From an uncultured Actinomycetes bacterium (GTDB lineage: Bacteria; Actinomycetota; Thermoleophilia; UBA2241): DNA of 64,000 nucleotides. The stretch lies in NCBI GenBank assembly GCA_963725665.1, contig CAVRZA010000002.1, forward strand, positions 1 to 64,000, in the 5' to 3' direction. A model generated the notes under the pieces. The model made no database searches. It worked only from the letters and a program-made list of their open reading frames with translations, and was not told the origin of the DNA. Below, in pieces: positions 1 through 10,248 of the stretch; positions within the stretch are counted from its first letter, which is position 1, and every line of letters starts with the position of its first letter. The position numbers and the translations under genes are program-made.

Positions 1-281
1 GCGGAGTGGCACGCCAACCCCGCCCATCGGCAAGCGGTCGCGATCGCGCCACGTCACTATGAATGGGTGCGACTGCACAAGGGGCAGATCCCCGGGCCGT
101 TTCTGCGCGGCGGGGAGCCGCAGATCGAGCGCACCCTGTGCCTCGACTTTCGCGGCAAGGATGCCTGGCGCGCCGTGCGCTTGTATCGCCGCGGCGCGCT
201 GGGTCATTCCCCCGCCGAATGACTCTCCGGTCCGAGCAGGATCAGGACCAGCGCCGGTACGCTTGTCGCGTCTGGGCGCTT

Positions 282-1260
282 CTAGAGGCTTGATGTGGGT
301 TCAGCGTCCGTCGTAGGCGGCGAGTGCTCGCGGTGGGCGGCCGAGGAGGGTGTTGATGAACATGCCGAGGGTCAGCGCCAGCAGTCGTTGGACCACTCGT
401 TGGGCGAGGCCGGGAAGCGTCTTGGCGAGATGGTCCTCCAGGCGCATCTGGCGCTTGAGGTTGGCGAAGACCGACTCGATCACCAGGCGGATGCGCGCCT
501 TGACGATCTCCGCGGCCGGGCGCTCGCCGAGCCTGTGGCGCTCGGGCACGATGAGCTCGACGCCGACCAGCCGCAGGCTGGCGTGATGCTCCTGGCCGCG
601 GTGACCGGCGTCGGCGAATAGGACGCCGCCGGGATGCGCGCAGGCGAGCCGAAACACACCCTCGCGCTCGTTCTCGTTGGCCGGCCGCAGGTCGTAGCCG
701 AGCGGCGCCCCGCGGCTGTCGCTGAGCAGGAGCAGGCGCATGCCCCAGTACCAGCGGCTCTTGGCGGCGCAGTAGCCGTAAGCGGCGTAGCCGGCGAACT
801 CGCTCTTGCTCGCGCAGCCGGCGTAGTTGGCGCAGGAAAGCAGGGTGCCGTCGACCAGGCGTAGGCTGCCGGAGGCGAGCAGCTCGGCGACGCCGAGCTG
901 CACCGTCGTGATCTGCGGCGTCAAGCGCCGCAAGCGGCGGTTGAACTGCGACTGCTCGGGCAGGTCCGGGAAGAACCCCGGCAGCAAGCGCCCGATCGTG
1001 CCCAGGAACTGGCGATCGGAGACCAAGCCGGTGACGGCCTGGGCGACGGCCAGGGCGATCAGCTCCTGGTCGGTCACCTTCCCCACCGGTCCCGGACGAG
1101 GCATCGACAACGAGCAGGCGAACACATAGGCTGCGATAACGAGGGTCTCCAGCGACGCACGCATCTCGTGCTCCAATCACGAGGTTGCAGAGCCGGGGAC
1201 CCTCTTCTCATGACAACTCGCCGCTCCTGCATGGGCGGACAACCCACATCAAGCCTCTAG
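282..1260 (-). mobile_element. IS982-family insertion sequence, apparently complete
   Basis: Perfect 20-bp terminal inverted repeat ctagaggcttgatgtgggtt (282-301) / aacccacatcaagcctctag (1241-1260) enclosing one transposase ORF; the terminal CTAG may be the target duplication. Confidence 0.9.
301..1176 (-). CDS. IS982-family DDE transposase
   Basis: 291 aa; DDE triad (LVDGT, FADAG, VIESVF) and GYCAAKSRWYWG motif typical of actinobacterial IS982 transposases. Confidence 0.85.
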   Translation of the reverse strand: MEHEMRASLETLVIAAYVFACSLSMPRPGPVGKVTDQELIALAVAQAVTGLVSDRQFLGTIGRLLPGFFPDLPEQSQFNRRLRRLTPQITTVQLGVAELLASGSLRLVDGTLLSCANYAGCASKSEFAGYAAYGYCAAKSRWYWGMRLLLLSDSRGAPLGYDLRPANENEREGVFRLACAHPGGVLFADAGHRGQEHHASLRLVGVELIVPERHRLGERPAAEIVKARIRLVIESVFANLKRQMRLEDHLAKTLPGLAQRVVQRLLALTLGMFINTLLGRPPRALAAYDGR

Positions 1261-1285
1261 GTCTCCGCGCCCCTTCACAAGAACA

Positions 1286-1328
1286 GCAACAGGGGCGGCG
1301 CTGGCTCAGCCAGCGCCGCCCCTGTTGC
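1286..1328 (-). terminator. GC-rich hairpin, likely terminator of the oxidoreductase gene
   Basis: Perfect 21-bp inverted repeat gcaacaggggcggcgctggct-c-agccagcgccgcccctgttgc downstream of the minus-strand ORF ending at 1448. Confidence 0.6.
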
Positions 1329-1447
1329 ATGCGCTGCCGGGACCATGCGAGCAGATGCCACGGCAGAATGGACCGGCGAAGCCGGGAAGGCGGCAAGCGG
1401 TTCCCTTCCCCACCCGTCCTGGTGCCTTCTACTATCCCCGCTCTTAG

Positions 1448-2365
1448 TCACACAGTGATTCCGAGCTTGCCGTGGTGCGGGCCGCTGAAGTCGGCGAGCG
1501 CCTGCGGCGCCTCTTCGAGCGGGTAGGTGCGGGTGATCGGCACGCGCAGTCCGCCGCTCGCGGCATCGGCTGCCAGCCGGTCCAGGGTAGCTGCGTCGGG
1601 GTTCGCCATCACAGCCACGGCCGCGGGATGTTGGTCGGGGCCGTAGCCGAGGGTGGAGGCGATGCGTCCGCCCGCGGCGAGAAGGTCGGTGAGCTGCTGG
1701 GCATCGCCGGCCAGGTGCACGATGGCGGGGACGCCCTGCGGCGCGATCGCGCGCACCTGGGCGCTCAGATCGCCGGTGTAGTCGACGACACGCGTCGCCC
1801 CAAGGCCCCGCACGAACTCCTCTTCAGCTCCCGGGCGCGCCGTGGCGATCACCTCGGCGCCCGCGGCCACGGCGTGTTGCAGCGCGATCGCACCCACCCC
1901 GCCGGTGGCGCCCGAGATCAACACAAGCTCACCGGCCGCGGGCGCAATCGCGTCTATCGCGTTTCGTGCGGCGCTGCCGGCCAGGCCGAGCGCTCCTGCG
2001 GCCTGCAGGTCGAGGCCCTCAGGTACGCGAGCGATGCCGTACTGCTCGCCGACCACGAGGTACTCACCCAGGCTGCCGTCGCCGAGGAACGGCTTCATCA
2101 CCACGCCGAACACCTCGTCCCCCGGAGCGAATCGCGACGCTCCCTCGCCGAGCGCCTCGACGACGCCGGCGAAGTCTTTGCCGAGCACGACAGGGAAGCG
2201 GTGTTCCATCATGCCTTTCAGCATCCCGGCGGCGACCGCCCCGTCGAACCCGTTGATCGAGGACGCACGGACGTGGACCAGGACCTCGCCCGGCCCAGGC
2301 GCCGGCTTGGGCAGTTCTGTCAGGGTGGGCGGCGTCCCGAAGTCGTTGACGGCGATGGCGCGCAT
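1448..2365 (-). CDS. NADP-dependent oxidoreductase (MDR / quinone oxidoreductase-like)
   Basis: PGPGEVLVHVRA, LGKDFAGVV, GATGGVG Rossmann motif, GKLGI C-terminus. Confidence 0.9.
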   Translation of the reverse strand: MRAIAVNDFGTPPTLTELPKPAPGPGEVLVHVRASSINGFDGAVAAGMLKGMMEHRFPVVLGKDFAGVVEALGEGASRFAPGDEVFGVVMKPFLGDGSLGEYLVVGEQYGIARVPEGLDLQAAGALGLAGSAARNAIDAIAPAAGELVLISGATGGVGAIALQHAVAAGAEVIATARPGAEEEFVRGLGATRVVDYTGDLSAQVRAIAPQGVPAIVHLAGDAQQLTDLLAAGGRIASTLGYGPDQHPAAVAVMANPDAATLDRLAADAASGGLRVPITRTYPLEEAPQALADFSGPHHGKLGITV

Positions 2366-2389
2366 GCTTGCTTCCTCTCATCGGGGGAA

Positions 2390-2413
2390 TAAGTGGAGCA
2401 CCTATTCCACTTA
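2390..2413. promoter_or_regulatory. Putative TetR operator
   Basis: TAAGTGGA-N8-TCCACTTA inverted repeat in the short gap between the divergent oxidoreductase and tetR genes. Confidence 0.65.
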
Positions 2414-2429
2414 TGCTAGCGTGAGAAAC

Positions 2430-3107
2430 ATGAGCAGCCGTGCCGACAAGGTCCCAGCCGACCGCGTCTCTCTGCGGGCCGATGCCGAACGCAACCGCGG
2501 CCGCATCGTGAAGGCGGCCCGGCGGGTGTTCGCGGAGCAAGGCCTCGATGCCCCCATGAACGAGGTCGCCCGCCGCGCCGGGGTGGGCATCGCCACGCTG
2601 TACCGTCGGTTTCCCACCCGCGAGGACCTGATCACCAGCGTGTTTGCCGAGAAGATGAGTGCTTACGCCGACGCCATCGAGGAGGCTCTCGCTGACCCCG
2701 ACCCCTGGCGCGCCTTCTGCACCTACATCGAGCGTGTCTGCGCCATGCAGGCAGAGGACCACGGCTTCACCGAGGTGCTGACCCTGACATTTCCCACGGC
2801 CAAGGCCTTCGAGGCGAAACGGAACGAGGCGTACCGGGGGTTTGCCGAGTTAATCGTACGCGCCAAAGAGACTGGGCGGCTCAGGCGCGACTTCTCCCCC
2901 GAGGACCTGGTCCTGCTCCTGATGGCCAACGCCGGCGTGGTCGCCGCTACCGCGGGCACAGCCCCCGATGCCTGGCGCCGCCTGGTCGCCTACATGACGC
3001 AGGCCTTCGCCGCCGACCGCTCCGACCCGCTCCCCCCGGCGCCCACGGGGACGTCGCTGTATCAGGCCATGCTGCGCCTCAGCGGCAGGAACGGGACCGG
3101 CGCATAG
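2430..3107 (+). CDS. TetR/AcrR family transcriptional regulator
   Basis: LRADAERNR...VARRAGVGIATLYRRFPTREDL helix-turn-helix; start taken at ATG 2430. Confidence 0.92.
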   Translation: MSSRADKVPADRVSLRADAERNRGRIVKAARRVFAEQGLDAPMNEVARRAGVGIATLYRRFPTREDLITSVFAEKMSAYADAIEEALADPDPWRAFCTYIERVCAMQAEDHGFTEVLTLTFPTAKAFEAKRNEAYRGFAELIVRAKETGRLRRDFSPEDLVLLLMANAGVVAATAGTAPDAWRRLVAYMTQAFAADRSDPLPPAPTGTSLYQAMLRLSGRNGTGA

Positions 3108-3110
3108 GCG

Positions 3111-3604
3111 GTGGTCCGCGCACCTGGCGCCGGACAGCCTGCCCTCGCTGGGTCGCAGGGGCGGGGGGTGGGTGCTCCTGCAGGGTGCTTGCTGGCGGCG
3201 GTCGTGCTGACCGGGCTACTCGGCGCCGCCTGGCCGACCGGCGTGCCGCTGTGGCTTTCCCTGGCGGCCGGCATGATCGCCCTCGTCGGCCTCTACCTGC
3301 TGGTCGGCGGCGGCGTTGGTCTGGGCCGACAGCTGGCTCCGTTCCCGAAGCCGGTTTCTCACGGGACCCTTAGGCAGCGGGGAGCCTATCGGCTCGTGCG
3401 TCACCCCATGTACGGCGGGGCTCTGTTGCTCGTCTTGGCGTGGTCGCTGGTCTCCTCGCCGGTCGCGCTGCTGTCCTGGGCTTTGGCGCTGCTTTCCTCC
3501 AGGCCAAAGCACGTCGTGAAGAGGCCTGGCTGTGCGAGCAGCATGCCGACTACGATGAGTACCGGCGATGTGTGGGACGAAGGTTCGTGCCGTTCCTCTG
3601 GTGA
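3111..3604 (+). pseudogene. Isoprenylcysteine carboxylmethyltransferase (ICMT/PEMT) family, frameshifted
   Basis: GAYRLVRHPMYGG motif; N-terminal LPSLGRRGGGWV and C-terminal KARREEAWL..YDEYRR..RFVPFLW lie in other frames (shifts near 3185 and 3490). Confidence 0.7.
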
Positions 3605-4159
3605 CTACTCTGTCGGTCTGTCGAATGGGGCGACTTCGCGTTTCTGTTCTGCCTTGAGCAGAAGCGGCGTCCACAGGCCGATGCCGGCGCCAAAGGCGAT
3701 GTGGCCGAGCAGCATGATGCGCGCCATGCGCCAGGCCTCGTTGCTGCGCAGCCCGAACCAGCCGTAGCCCCACGAGGGATAGAGGATCAGCAGCGGCAGC
3801 AGGGCCGTGGCGGCGCCGAACGCCGTGGCTTTGAGGGGATTCGGCCTGAGGCCCAGCCGATTGAGCATCGTGAAATAGCACTGCGCCAGAGCGATCCCGG
3901 TCAGGTAGTGAGTGGTGAGACCGATGCCGGCCTCGCCCTGTAGCCTCGGCTCATTGGCGATATCCGAGTAGCGCCATCGGCCTCGGACCAGGTTGCCCGC
4001 CCAGCGCCCAATGAATTCGGGCCCGGCCTTCTCCGAGGTGAAGGCCTCGCCGCCGAGCCGGCTCGCGAGCACGAAGAACGTGTCCATCGTGAGAGTTGCC
4101 AGCACGCCGACCGAGACGCTCGTTGGCACAGCGGGGACTCGTCTCTTCGATGAGCTCAT
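3605..4159 (-). CDS. DUF2938-like membrane protein
   Basis: GVLATLTMD..IGRW..HYLTGI..PSWGYGWFG..LLGHIAFGAG pattern with several hydrophobic segments. Confidence 0.65.
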   Translation of the reverse strand: MSSSKRRVPAVPTSVSVGVLATLTMDTFFVLASRLGGEAFTSEKAGPEFIGRWAGNLVRGRWRYSDIANEPRLQGEAGIGLTTHYLTGIALAQCYFTMLNRLGLRPNPLKATAFGAATALLPLLILYPSWGYGWFGLRSNEAWRMARIMLLGHIAFGAGIGLWTPLLLKAEQKREVAPFDRPTE

Positions 4160-4381
4160 CGTACGCGCATTGTACACACTGGGCACACGCGCGCGGGGGT
4201 GAAGCAGCGCACACGTCACCACGCGGCGAAGGTGCCATGCAACTGCTCCCTTTCGCGAGGTTGTCAAGGCTATCCCGATCGGCAAGCGCCAAGGATCCCT
4301 CTGGAGCCGAAGTCGTGATTCCCGACGTCACCGGCCTCCGGCGGGAGAATATGCCGTTTTGCCGAGGCGTATGCTCGCCCG

Positions 4382-5334
4382 ATGGCAAAGAAGCGTGTCC
4401 TGGTCCTGGGAGCAGGTTTCGCCGGCCTAGAGCTCACCACGATGTTGTCTGAGATCCTGGGCGACGACATCGATGTGGCCCTGATCGACAAGAACGACTC
4501 GTTCGTCTTCAGTTTCTCGAAACTGGACGTGTTGTTCGGCCGAAAGACGCCCGATGCGGTGCGTCTCGGCTACCGCGACTTCGTGAAGCCCGGCGTGCGC
4601 TTCTTGCAGGAAACGATCACCGCGATCGATCCAGTGGCGCGGCGCGTCACAACCGACGTGGACACCTATGAGGCTAACGTCCTGGTCGTGGCGCTTGGTG
4701 CCGACTACGACCTGGACGCCACGCCGGGACTTGCCGAGGGCAACAACGAGTTCTACTCCGTCGCCGGTGCCGAGCGGCTGCGCCACGCGCTGCCCACGTT
4801 CTCGAGCGGCCGAGCGATCGTCGGCGTCTGCGGGCGCCGTTCAAGTGCCCGCCGGCGCCGAGCGAGGCCGCGTTGCTGCTCCACGACTACCTCATGGCGC
4901 GGGGTGTCCGCGACGACTGCGAGATCTCCCTCGTGATCCCCTTCGGGAGCCCGGTCCCTCCGTCACCCGACACGTCCCGTGCGCTGGTCGCCGGCTTTGT
5001 GGAGCGCGACATCAGGTTCGTCCCTGGCCGCCGCGTGAGCTCGCTCGACCCGGCACGGCGCGTCGCCGTGCTCGACGACGGCAGCGAGATGCCCTACGAC
5101 CTGTTCCTGGGCGTCCCCAAGCACCGCGCCCCTGATGTGGTCCCGGCGAGCGGCATGGCCGAAGACGGCTATGTGCCCGTGAAGTCGGAGACGCTTGAGA
5201 CGCGGTTTCCGGGCGTGTATGCGGTCGGAGACGTTGCGACTGTCGGTGTGCCCAAGGCCGGCGTGTTCGCCGAAGTGGACGTCTTTCGCGGCCTCCGCGC
5301 TCTCGCGGGCCGCCCGCGAACCAGCGTTTCATGA
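4382..5334 (+). pseudogene. Sulfide:quinone oxidoreductase-like FAD oxidoreductase, frameshifted and C-terminally truncated
   Basis: VLVLGAGFAG FAD motif; PFKCPPAPSE restored by adding one G in the G-run near 4831; VYAVGD..PKAGVFAE, then similarity is lost. Confidence 0.75.
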
Positions 5335-5479
5335 TGAGGGCAAGCTCGCGGCGCGCAACCCTCCCCTCGAACGTCGGGGCTCGGTGGCATCTCTCCTGGC
5401 GAGTGCTCAACGGCTTGGGGCATCCTCGCGGTGGAAACGAAGCTCGTGGCAGATGGACAGATTGAGCGGGAGGTCAACA

Positions 5480-5851
5480 ATGATCAGTGCAACGATGGTG
5501 GTGGCAACGCTGCCCGTCACCGACCTCGAGCGAGCGAAGGCCTTCTACGGCGAGACGCTTGGATTTGACCTCCTGTGGGAGAACCCGGCCAGCGTCCGCT
5601 TCCGCTGCGGGGAGGTCAGCGAACTGTCGATCTTCAAGCGCCCTGCGACGGTCACTGAACACACGCTTGCCCACTTCGAGGTGACCGATCTCGAGGCCGC
5701 GGTCCGCGACCTCGAAGCCAAAGGCGTCGCGTTCATCGATTACGCCGAAGGACCACTCAAGACGACGGGCCACATCGCGCAGATCGGCCCTGCGCGGGGT
5801 GCGTGGTTCCGCGACCCCGACGGGAACACCCTCGGCATCCGACAGGGCTAG
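5480..5851 (+). CDS. VOC/glyoxalase family protein
   Basis: LPVTDLERAKAFY...AWFRDPDGNTLGI; GGAGG ribosome-binding site. Confidence 0.9.
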   Translation: MISATMVVATLPVTDLERAKAFYGETLGFDLLWENPASVRFRCGEVSELSIFKRPATVTEHTLAHFEVTDLEAAVRDLEAKGVAFIDYAEGPLKTTGHIAQIGPARGAWFRDPDGNTLGIRQG

Positions 5852-6115
5852 GGCCACAACGCTCCTGGCTACTCTGCTGCGGCGACCAGCTAGCGATCCT
5901 GGCCGCCGACTCCTCACGCATCGCCGGGATGGTCTGCGGCCGCATCGACGCGAGCGAACTGGATATCACCAACCCCGCAACGGCGTGACCTGCAGGCCTT
6001 CAAGGGTAAGGAGCCGCACATCAGGCCGGAAGCACGGGGCTCGGCGTCGGGTCGCACGCGCTCGTCTGGCAAACAAGCAAGTCCCAGCGAGACCTCTGGC
6101 ATCAAGGAGTGACGC

Positions 6116-6544
6116 ATGTCATCGGAAGACGAAGTCCGCAAAGCGTCAGCACAGTTCTACGCGGCGTTGAACCGCATGCTCGATGGCGAGATGGCGCCCC
6201 TGGCGGCCGTCTGGTCACACAGCGCGGCCGTGTCGACCATGCACCCGATCGGCGGCCGGGAGGCCGGATGGGACGAAGTCCAAGGATCGTTCGCGGGGGT
6301 GGCCCAGCTCGCGTCGGGAGGGCACGTCGAACTGCGTGACCAAAGCATCCAGGCCGCCGGTGATCTGGCCTACGAAGTGGGTGTCGAGCAAGGGCAGGCG
6401 AAGATCGCCGGAGAGCAGATCGCCATCGAGCATCGCGTCACGAACATCTACCGACGTGAGGCGGGGGAGTGGAAGGTAGTGCATCACCACACCGATGTCT
6501 CTCCGGCGATGGTAGATATTCTCAGACGCCTGCAGGCCGCGTAG
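6116..6544 (+). CDS. SnoaL-like / NTF2 family protein
   Basis: FYAALN...GDLAY...RVTNIYRREAGEWKVVHHH; AAGGAG ribosome-binding site. Confidence 0.88.
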   Translation: MSSEDEVRKASAQFYAALNRMLDGEMAPLAAVWSHSAAVSTMHPIGGREAGWDEVQGSFAGVAQLASGGHVELRDQSIQAAGDLAYEVGVEQGQAKIAGEQIAIEHRVTNIYRREAGEWKVVHHHTDVSPAMVDILRRLQAA

Positions 6545-6619
6545 GCGACCAACGGGCGGGCAGACTGTTGCCACGTCGAGGGCGATGACACTGGGTCCTG
6601 CGGCGTCTTGAGCTCGGCT

Positions 6620-6678
6620 GCAGCATGCGGGGCGACCTCCGGCCTCCTTCGGCTGCCGGAGGTCGCCCCGCATGCTGC
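6620..6678. repeat. Perfect 24-bp inverted repeat between convergent genes (terminator or REP-like)
   Basis: gcagcatgcggggcgacctccggc-N11-gccggaggtcgccccgcatgctgc. Confidence 0.75.
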
Positions 6679-6737
6679 TCGAGCTAGGGCACCCGCCTTT
6701 CGCACGCTGGCATTCCCGGGGCCATCACATACGCAGC

Positions 6738-6990
6738 TCAGCTCGCGCCGTCTGGCTGAGTCTGCGAGTCCGTCTCCCCAAGGCGCCGCAGCAGCTCGCG
6801 GAAGGCGGCGCTCGCCCCGTGGCGGATGGGCCGACCGTGCGCGAAGCAGGCCACCTCGAACTCCAGGGCGGCCAGCTTCTCCAGGCTGTGTCGACTCTCG
6901 GCTGCGTCTTCGCGCAGGCTGCCCAGGGAGAGCCGCAGCCAGTTGTTGGCCGCATCACCGACGAAGAGCACGCCACCGGCTTGATCGCGC
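6738..6990 (-). pseudogene. C-terminal fragment of an MBL-fold metallo-hydrolase
   Basis: GGVLFVGDA...SLEKLAALEFEVACFAHGRPI; no HxHxDH-containing N-terminal half upstream. Confidence 0.6.
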
Positions 6991-7026
6991 GTCGAGGTCC
7001 GGTCGGGTGCGCCGCCGGCCCGCAGG

Positions 7027-7305
7027 CTAGTCGAACACGGGGCCTCGATACGGCGCGCCCTTCGCCTTGCACGGCTTGCAGAGCACCCCGAATCGCTGGC
7101 CCACTTTGACCACGGTGAGTCGTGAACGGGACGACACGATGTGCCGAGAGCCGTACCCGCCGTGGCCGGGGCAGGTGAGTCCGCAGGCCAGCCGCCACCG
7201 GAACAGCACACGTTCGATGACGGGCCTGGGGATGCGGTGAGCGGGGTTCGGGCAATGGAGCACGCCGCAGGTGGAGCAGGGCGGATCCGGCGTCCAGGAG
7301 GTCAC
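7027..7305 (-). CDS. Small Cys/His-rich hypothetical protein (92 aa)
   Basis: GTG start with GAAGGAG ribosome-binding site; CSTC..HC..H, C-x3-C-x2-H and CKPC clusters. Confidence 0.45.
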   Translation of the reverse strand: MTSWTPDPPCSTCGVLHCPNPAHRIPRPVIERVLFRWRLACGLTCPGHGGYGSRHIVSSRSRLTVVKVGQRFGVLCKPCKAKGAPYRGPVFD

Positions 7306-7756
7306 GGGAGAGCTCCTTCCTCTAGGTATTCCTCGATAGCATAGCCGAGAGGACTCTGGCGGCGGCCGTCTGCGACGGCTCCGAGCGGCCAGGCGGTGCC
7401 GGCACGCAAGAGCCCGCCGCGGCCTGGGAGATTGCAGACAAGACAGCCGTGCTAAGACGTGCCTACCTTGTCGCGCCTCGGACGCGTCACGCCGGGCCTG
7501 ATCCTGCTTGCACGACTGGTCCTGTCTAGCGTGCCACGCCTCGCCATACCAAGCACCTGCGACGGGCACCCCCACAATGCGCGCCGCCGCCTGGTTCTGC
7601 AAGCGTTGCCCCTCCGCCAGTTCTTCGGGCGGCCCGGTGCGCGTCCCCGGATTGACGCCCCCTATAATCGAGTGGGGTATGCACTGGAGAACCGCGGTGG
7701 AGGCTAGTGGAGGGTGAGATCTGCCAAGTGGCGAGAAGCAGAAGAAGGAGGGTGCG

Positions 7757-7987
7757 ATGCCGATCATCGAGGTCAAGCTTTGGGCAGGCCGGACTCGGGA
7801 GCAGAAGGCCGAGCTGGCGCGAAGGTTCACTGAGGCCATGGTCGAGGTCGTCGGCTGCCCACCCAAGGCCGTCACCGACCATGACCGAGTGATTCCGGCG
7901 TTTCTGCCCCCCAGGACCCTGATGCGGATGCGCAGGATTCGTCCGTCCGTGGCGCTGCAGTCGGTCCCGCGCGTATCGTGCCCGTGA
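7757..7987 (+). pseudogene. 4-oxalocrotonate tautomerase family protein with a degenerate C-terminus
   Basis: MPIIEVKLWAGRTREQKAELARRFTEAMVEV with catalytic Pro1 and a strong ribosome-binding site; family-like sequence stops after ~40 aa. Confidence 0.65.
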
Positions 7988-8214
7988 AGCGGTCAAGAGC
8001 GAGGTGGCGCGCGAGATGAAGCTTGAGGAGTGGAAGAAGGCCGTGGTGCACCTTGAGGCCGCCGCTGACGAGGCGACCTTCGAGGAGAGGATGGCGAGTC
8101 CGCTCCTCGTGGGTCGCGACCTGCTCGCGAAAGCCGAAGCTGCTGCCAGCCCCGGGGTGTGGCGCTTCGGCCGGTGTCCCTCGGCAATAGGTGTCAACGG
8201 GGACGTGGAGGGAC

Positions 8215-9573
8215 ATGTCAGAGGAATCCCAGACACCCAAGCCGCCTGAACTCAGCACCGAGAACGCGCGCGAGGAGGCGCCGGGCGTCGAGCCCAAAGA
8301 GACCGGCGGCCCAGCGCTCGCACGCGAGAACGCCCGTCTCCGTGCCGAGCTGGCGCGGCGCGAGCAGCTGGGCGAGGTGATGGCCGCTGTTGTCGCGGCT
8401 ATCACCTCCCGCCGCGATCAGCGGGAGATGATGACGAAGGTCGTCGCCTTGGCCGGAGAGGCGTTAGGTGCGGACTCGTCGTACATCGCGCTGCTCAAAC
8501 GCGGAGCTTGGAAGCCAGTGCACGTCTGGCAGATGCCTTCGGGGCTCCGGCACAAGAGCATTCCGATCGGACTGACCCCCTTCGCCGCCCTCGCCTTGCA
8601 GGCCGGGCGACCCGTGGCGGTCGACGACTGCACGGACGATCAAAGGGTCGATCCTGAGCTGCAGAGGACGTGGGGCGTGCGGGCGGTGATGATGGCCCCC
8701 ATGGTCGTGCGCGGTGAGTTCCTCGGCGGCCTCTTCTTCCACTACGGCCAGGGGCCGCACCACTTCTCCAAGAGCGAGATCGCCTTTGCCGAAAGTGTCG
8801 CGGGCGCCACCTCACAGGCGCTCCAGGCGGCGCGGCTCTTCGAGCAGCAGCGTCGTATCGCCGTGACGCTGCAGGAGAACCTCATTCACCCCCTGCCCGA
8901 GGTGGAGGGTCTCGAGCTGAGCGTGGTCGGCAGCACGGCCTATGAACCCGAGCTTGTGGGAGGCGACTTCAGCGACGTGTTCCTGCTCGACAGCCGGCGC
9001 GTTGCGATCCTCATCGGAGATGTGGCCGGCAAGGGCATTCGCGCGGCCGGGCTGACCGAGACGGTACGGAGCACCGTGCGAGCCTTCGCCGCGGTCGACT
9101 CCTCGCCGGCGTTCGTTTTGAGGATGACCAACCAACTCCTTCTGCGGCGGGATGTTGGGGACGATCTCGTGACTGCGTTCCTGGTCACCCTCGACACGCG
9201 GTCCGGGCGTACCATCTTCGCCAGCGCTGCTCACCCCCCGCCCGTTCATCTCGGACCCGCATCGTGCCGGTTGCTGGAGCTGCCGTTCGGCGTCCCACTA
9301 GGCTCGTTCGACGAGGAGTACCTGGAATCTCGGCTTCAGCTCACCCCTGATGATGCTCTCGTGCTCTACACCGATGGGGTCACCGAGGCACGGCGCGGCC
9401 GCGAGTTGTTCGGTTACGACCGACTCGTGGAGGCTGTGTCCGCGATGCGCCGTCGCACGGTGGAGGAACTGGCGGAAGGCGTGCGTGATGCCGCTGTCGG
9501 CTTCTCCGGTAGATTGAAGGATGACCTGCATGTGGCCGCCTTTCGGCTGGTCGGAGGGATGCGGCGGAAGTAG
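8215..9573 (+). CDS. GAF + SpoIIE/PP2C serine phosphatase (RsbU-like)
   Basis: GAF region, then VGGDFSD, IGDVAGKG, LYTDGVTEAR and KDD motifs. Confidence 0.92.
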   Translation: MSEESQTPKPPELSTENAREEAPGVEPKETGGPALARENARLRAELARREQLGEVMAAVVAAITSRRDQREMMTKVVALAGEALGADSSYIALLKRGAWKPVHVWQMPSGLRHKSIPIGLTPFAALALQAGRPVAVDDCTDDQRVDPELQRTWGVRAVMMAPMVVRGEFLGGLFFHYGQGPHHFSKSEIAFAESVAGATSQALQAARLFEQQRRIAVTLQENLIHPLPEVEGLELSVVGSTAYEPELVGGDFSDVFLLDSRRVAILIGDVAGKGIRAAGLTETVRSTVRAFAAVDSSPAFVLRMTNQLLLRRDVGDDLVTAFLVTLDTRSGRTIFASAAHPPPVHLGPASCRLLELPFGVPLGSFDEEYLESRLQLTPDDALVLYTDGVTEARRGRELFGYDRLVEAVSAMRRRTVEELAEGVRDAAVGFSGRLKDDLHVAAFRLVGGMRRK

Positions 9574-9771
9574 GGTGTGCCAAGCCAGGCAGCTGGCTGG
9601 CCCTCCGAGCTTGCCCATGAACGCCGCCACGCCTCACAATCCGCTGCCCAGGGAAGACTACCTGGTGGCGAAAGCGGTCGAAGGCGGTCCTTGCCTCTTC
9701 TTCTGCCTCCCAGCTGCCGCGAGAAGCGGGACGGGTCTTGGCGACTGACAAGGGCGAGAGGATGAGCCCGC

Positions 9772-10248
9772 ATGGCTTCGCCGGAACTCCGTCTCTGCAT
9801 TCCGATCGATGCCGGACAGCTCGAGGGGAGTCGCGAACGCGTACGGATGTTCCTGCGCGTCCACGGCGTCGATGAGCCAAGCGCGCACGACGTTCTCCTC
9901 TGCGTGCACGAAGCGTGCGCCAATGCGCTCGAGCACAGCCGCAGCACGACCGCAGTCGACGTCGAGCTGTGTGTGGGGCCGACGAGCGTCTCTGTTGTCG
10001 TCGCCGACAAGGGCCTGGGACTCGACCTCGATCTCCACGACCCGCGGCGCGCGCCCACGCCGCTGCAACCGGATGGCCGGGGCCTGTACGTCATGGCTTG
10101 CCTCATGGACGAGCTCGAGGTGCACATCGACGGCGGCACGATGATTCGCATGCAGAAGCGGTTCACGCCGCCGCGGCTCCCACGCGACGGTCTGGAGAGT
10201 CTACCGCGATCGCCACCACCGGCGGCGTTGCACGACCGACCCGAGTGA
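9772..10248 (+). CDS. Anti-sigma factor kinase (RsbW-like HATPase_c)
   Basis: EACANALEH N-box, DKGLG, GRGLYVM, GGT. Confidence 0.85.
   Translation: MASPELRLCIPIDAGQLEGSRERVRMFLRVHGVDEPSAHDVLLCVHEACANALEHSRSTTAVDVELCVGPTSVSVVVADKGLGLDLDLHDPRRAPTPLQPDGRGLYVMACLMDELEVHIDGGTMIRMQKRFTPPRLPRDGLESLPRSPPPAALHDRPE

Noticed and set aside
1263-1280. Rex-like site ending CCCTTCACAA
   Set aside because: Right half-site only and not upstream of a plausible target gene.
7652-7668. TTGACG...TATAAT as a sigma70 promoter
   Set aside because: Only 5 bp between the hexamers; the -10 alone may still be real.
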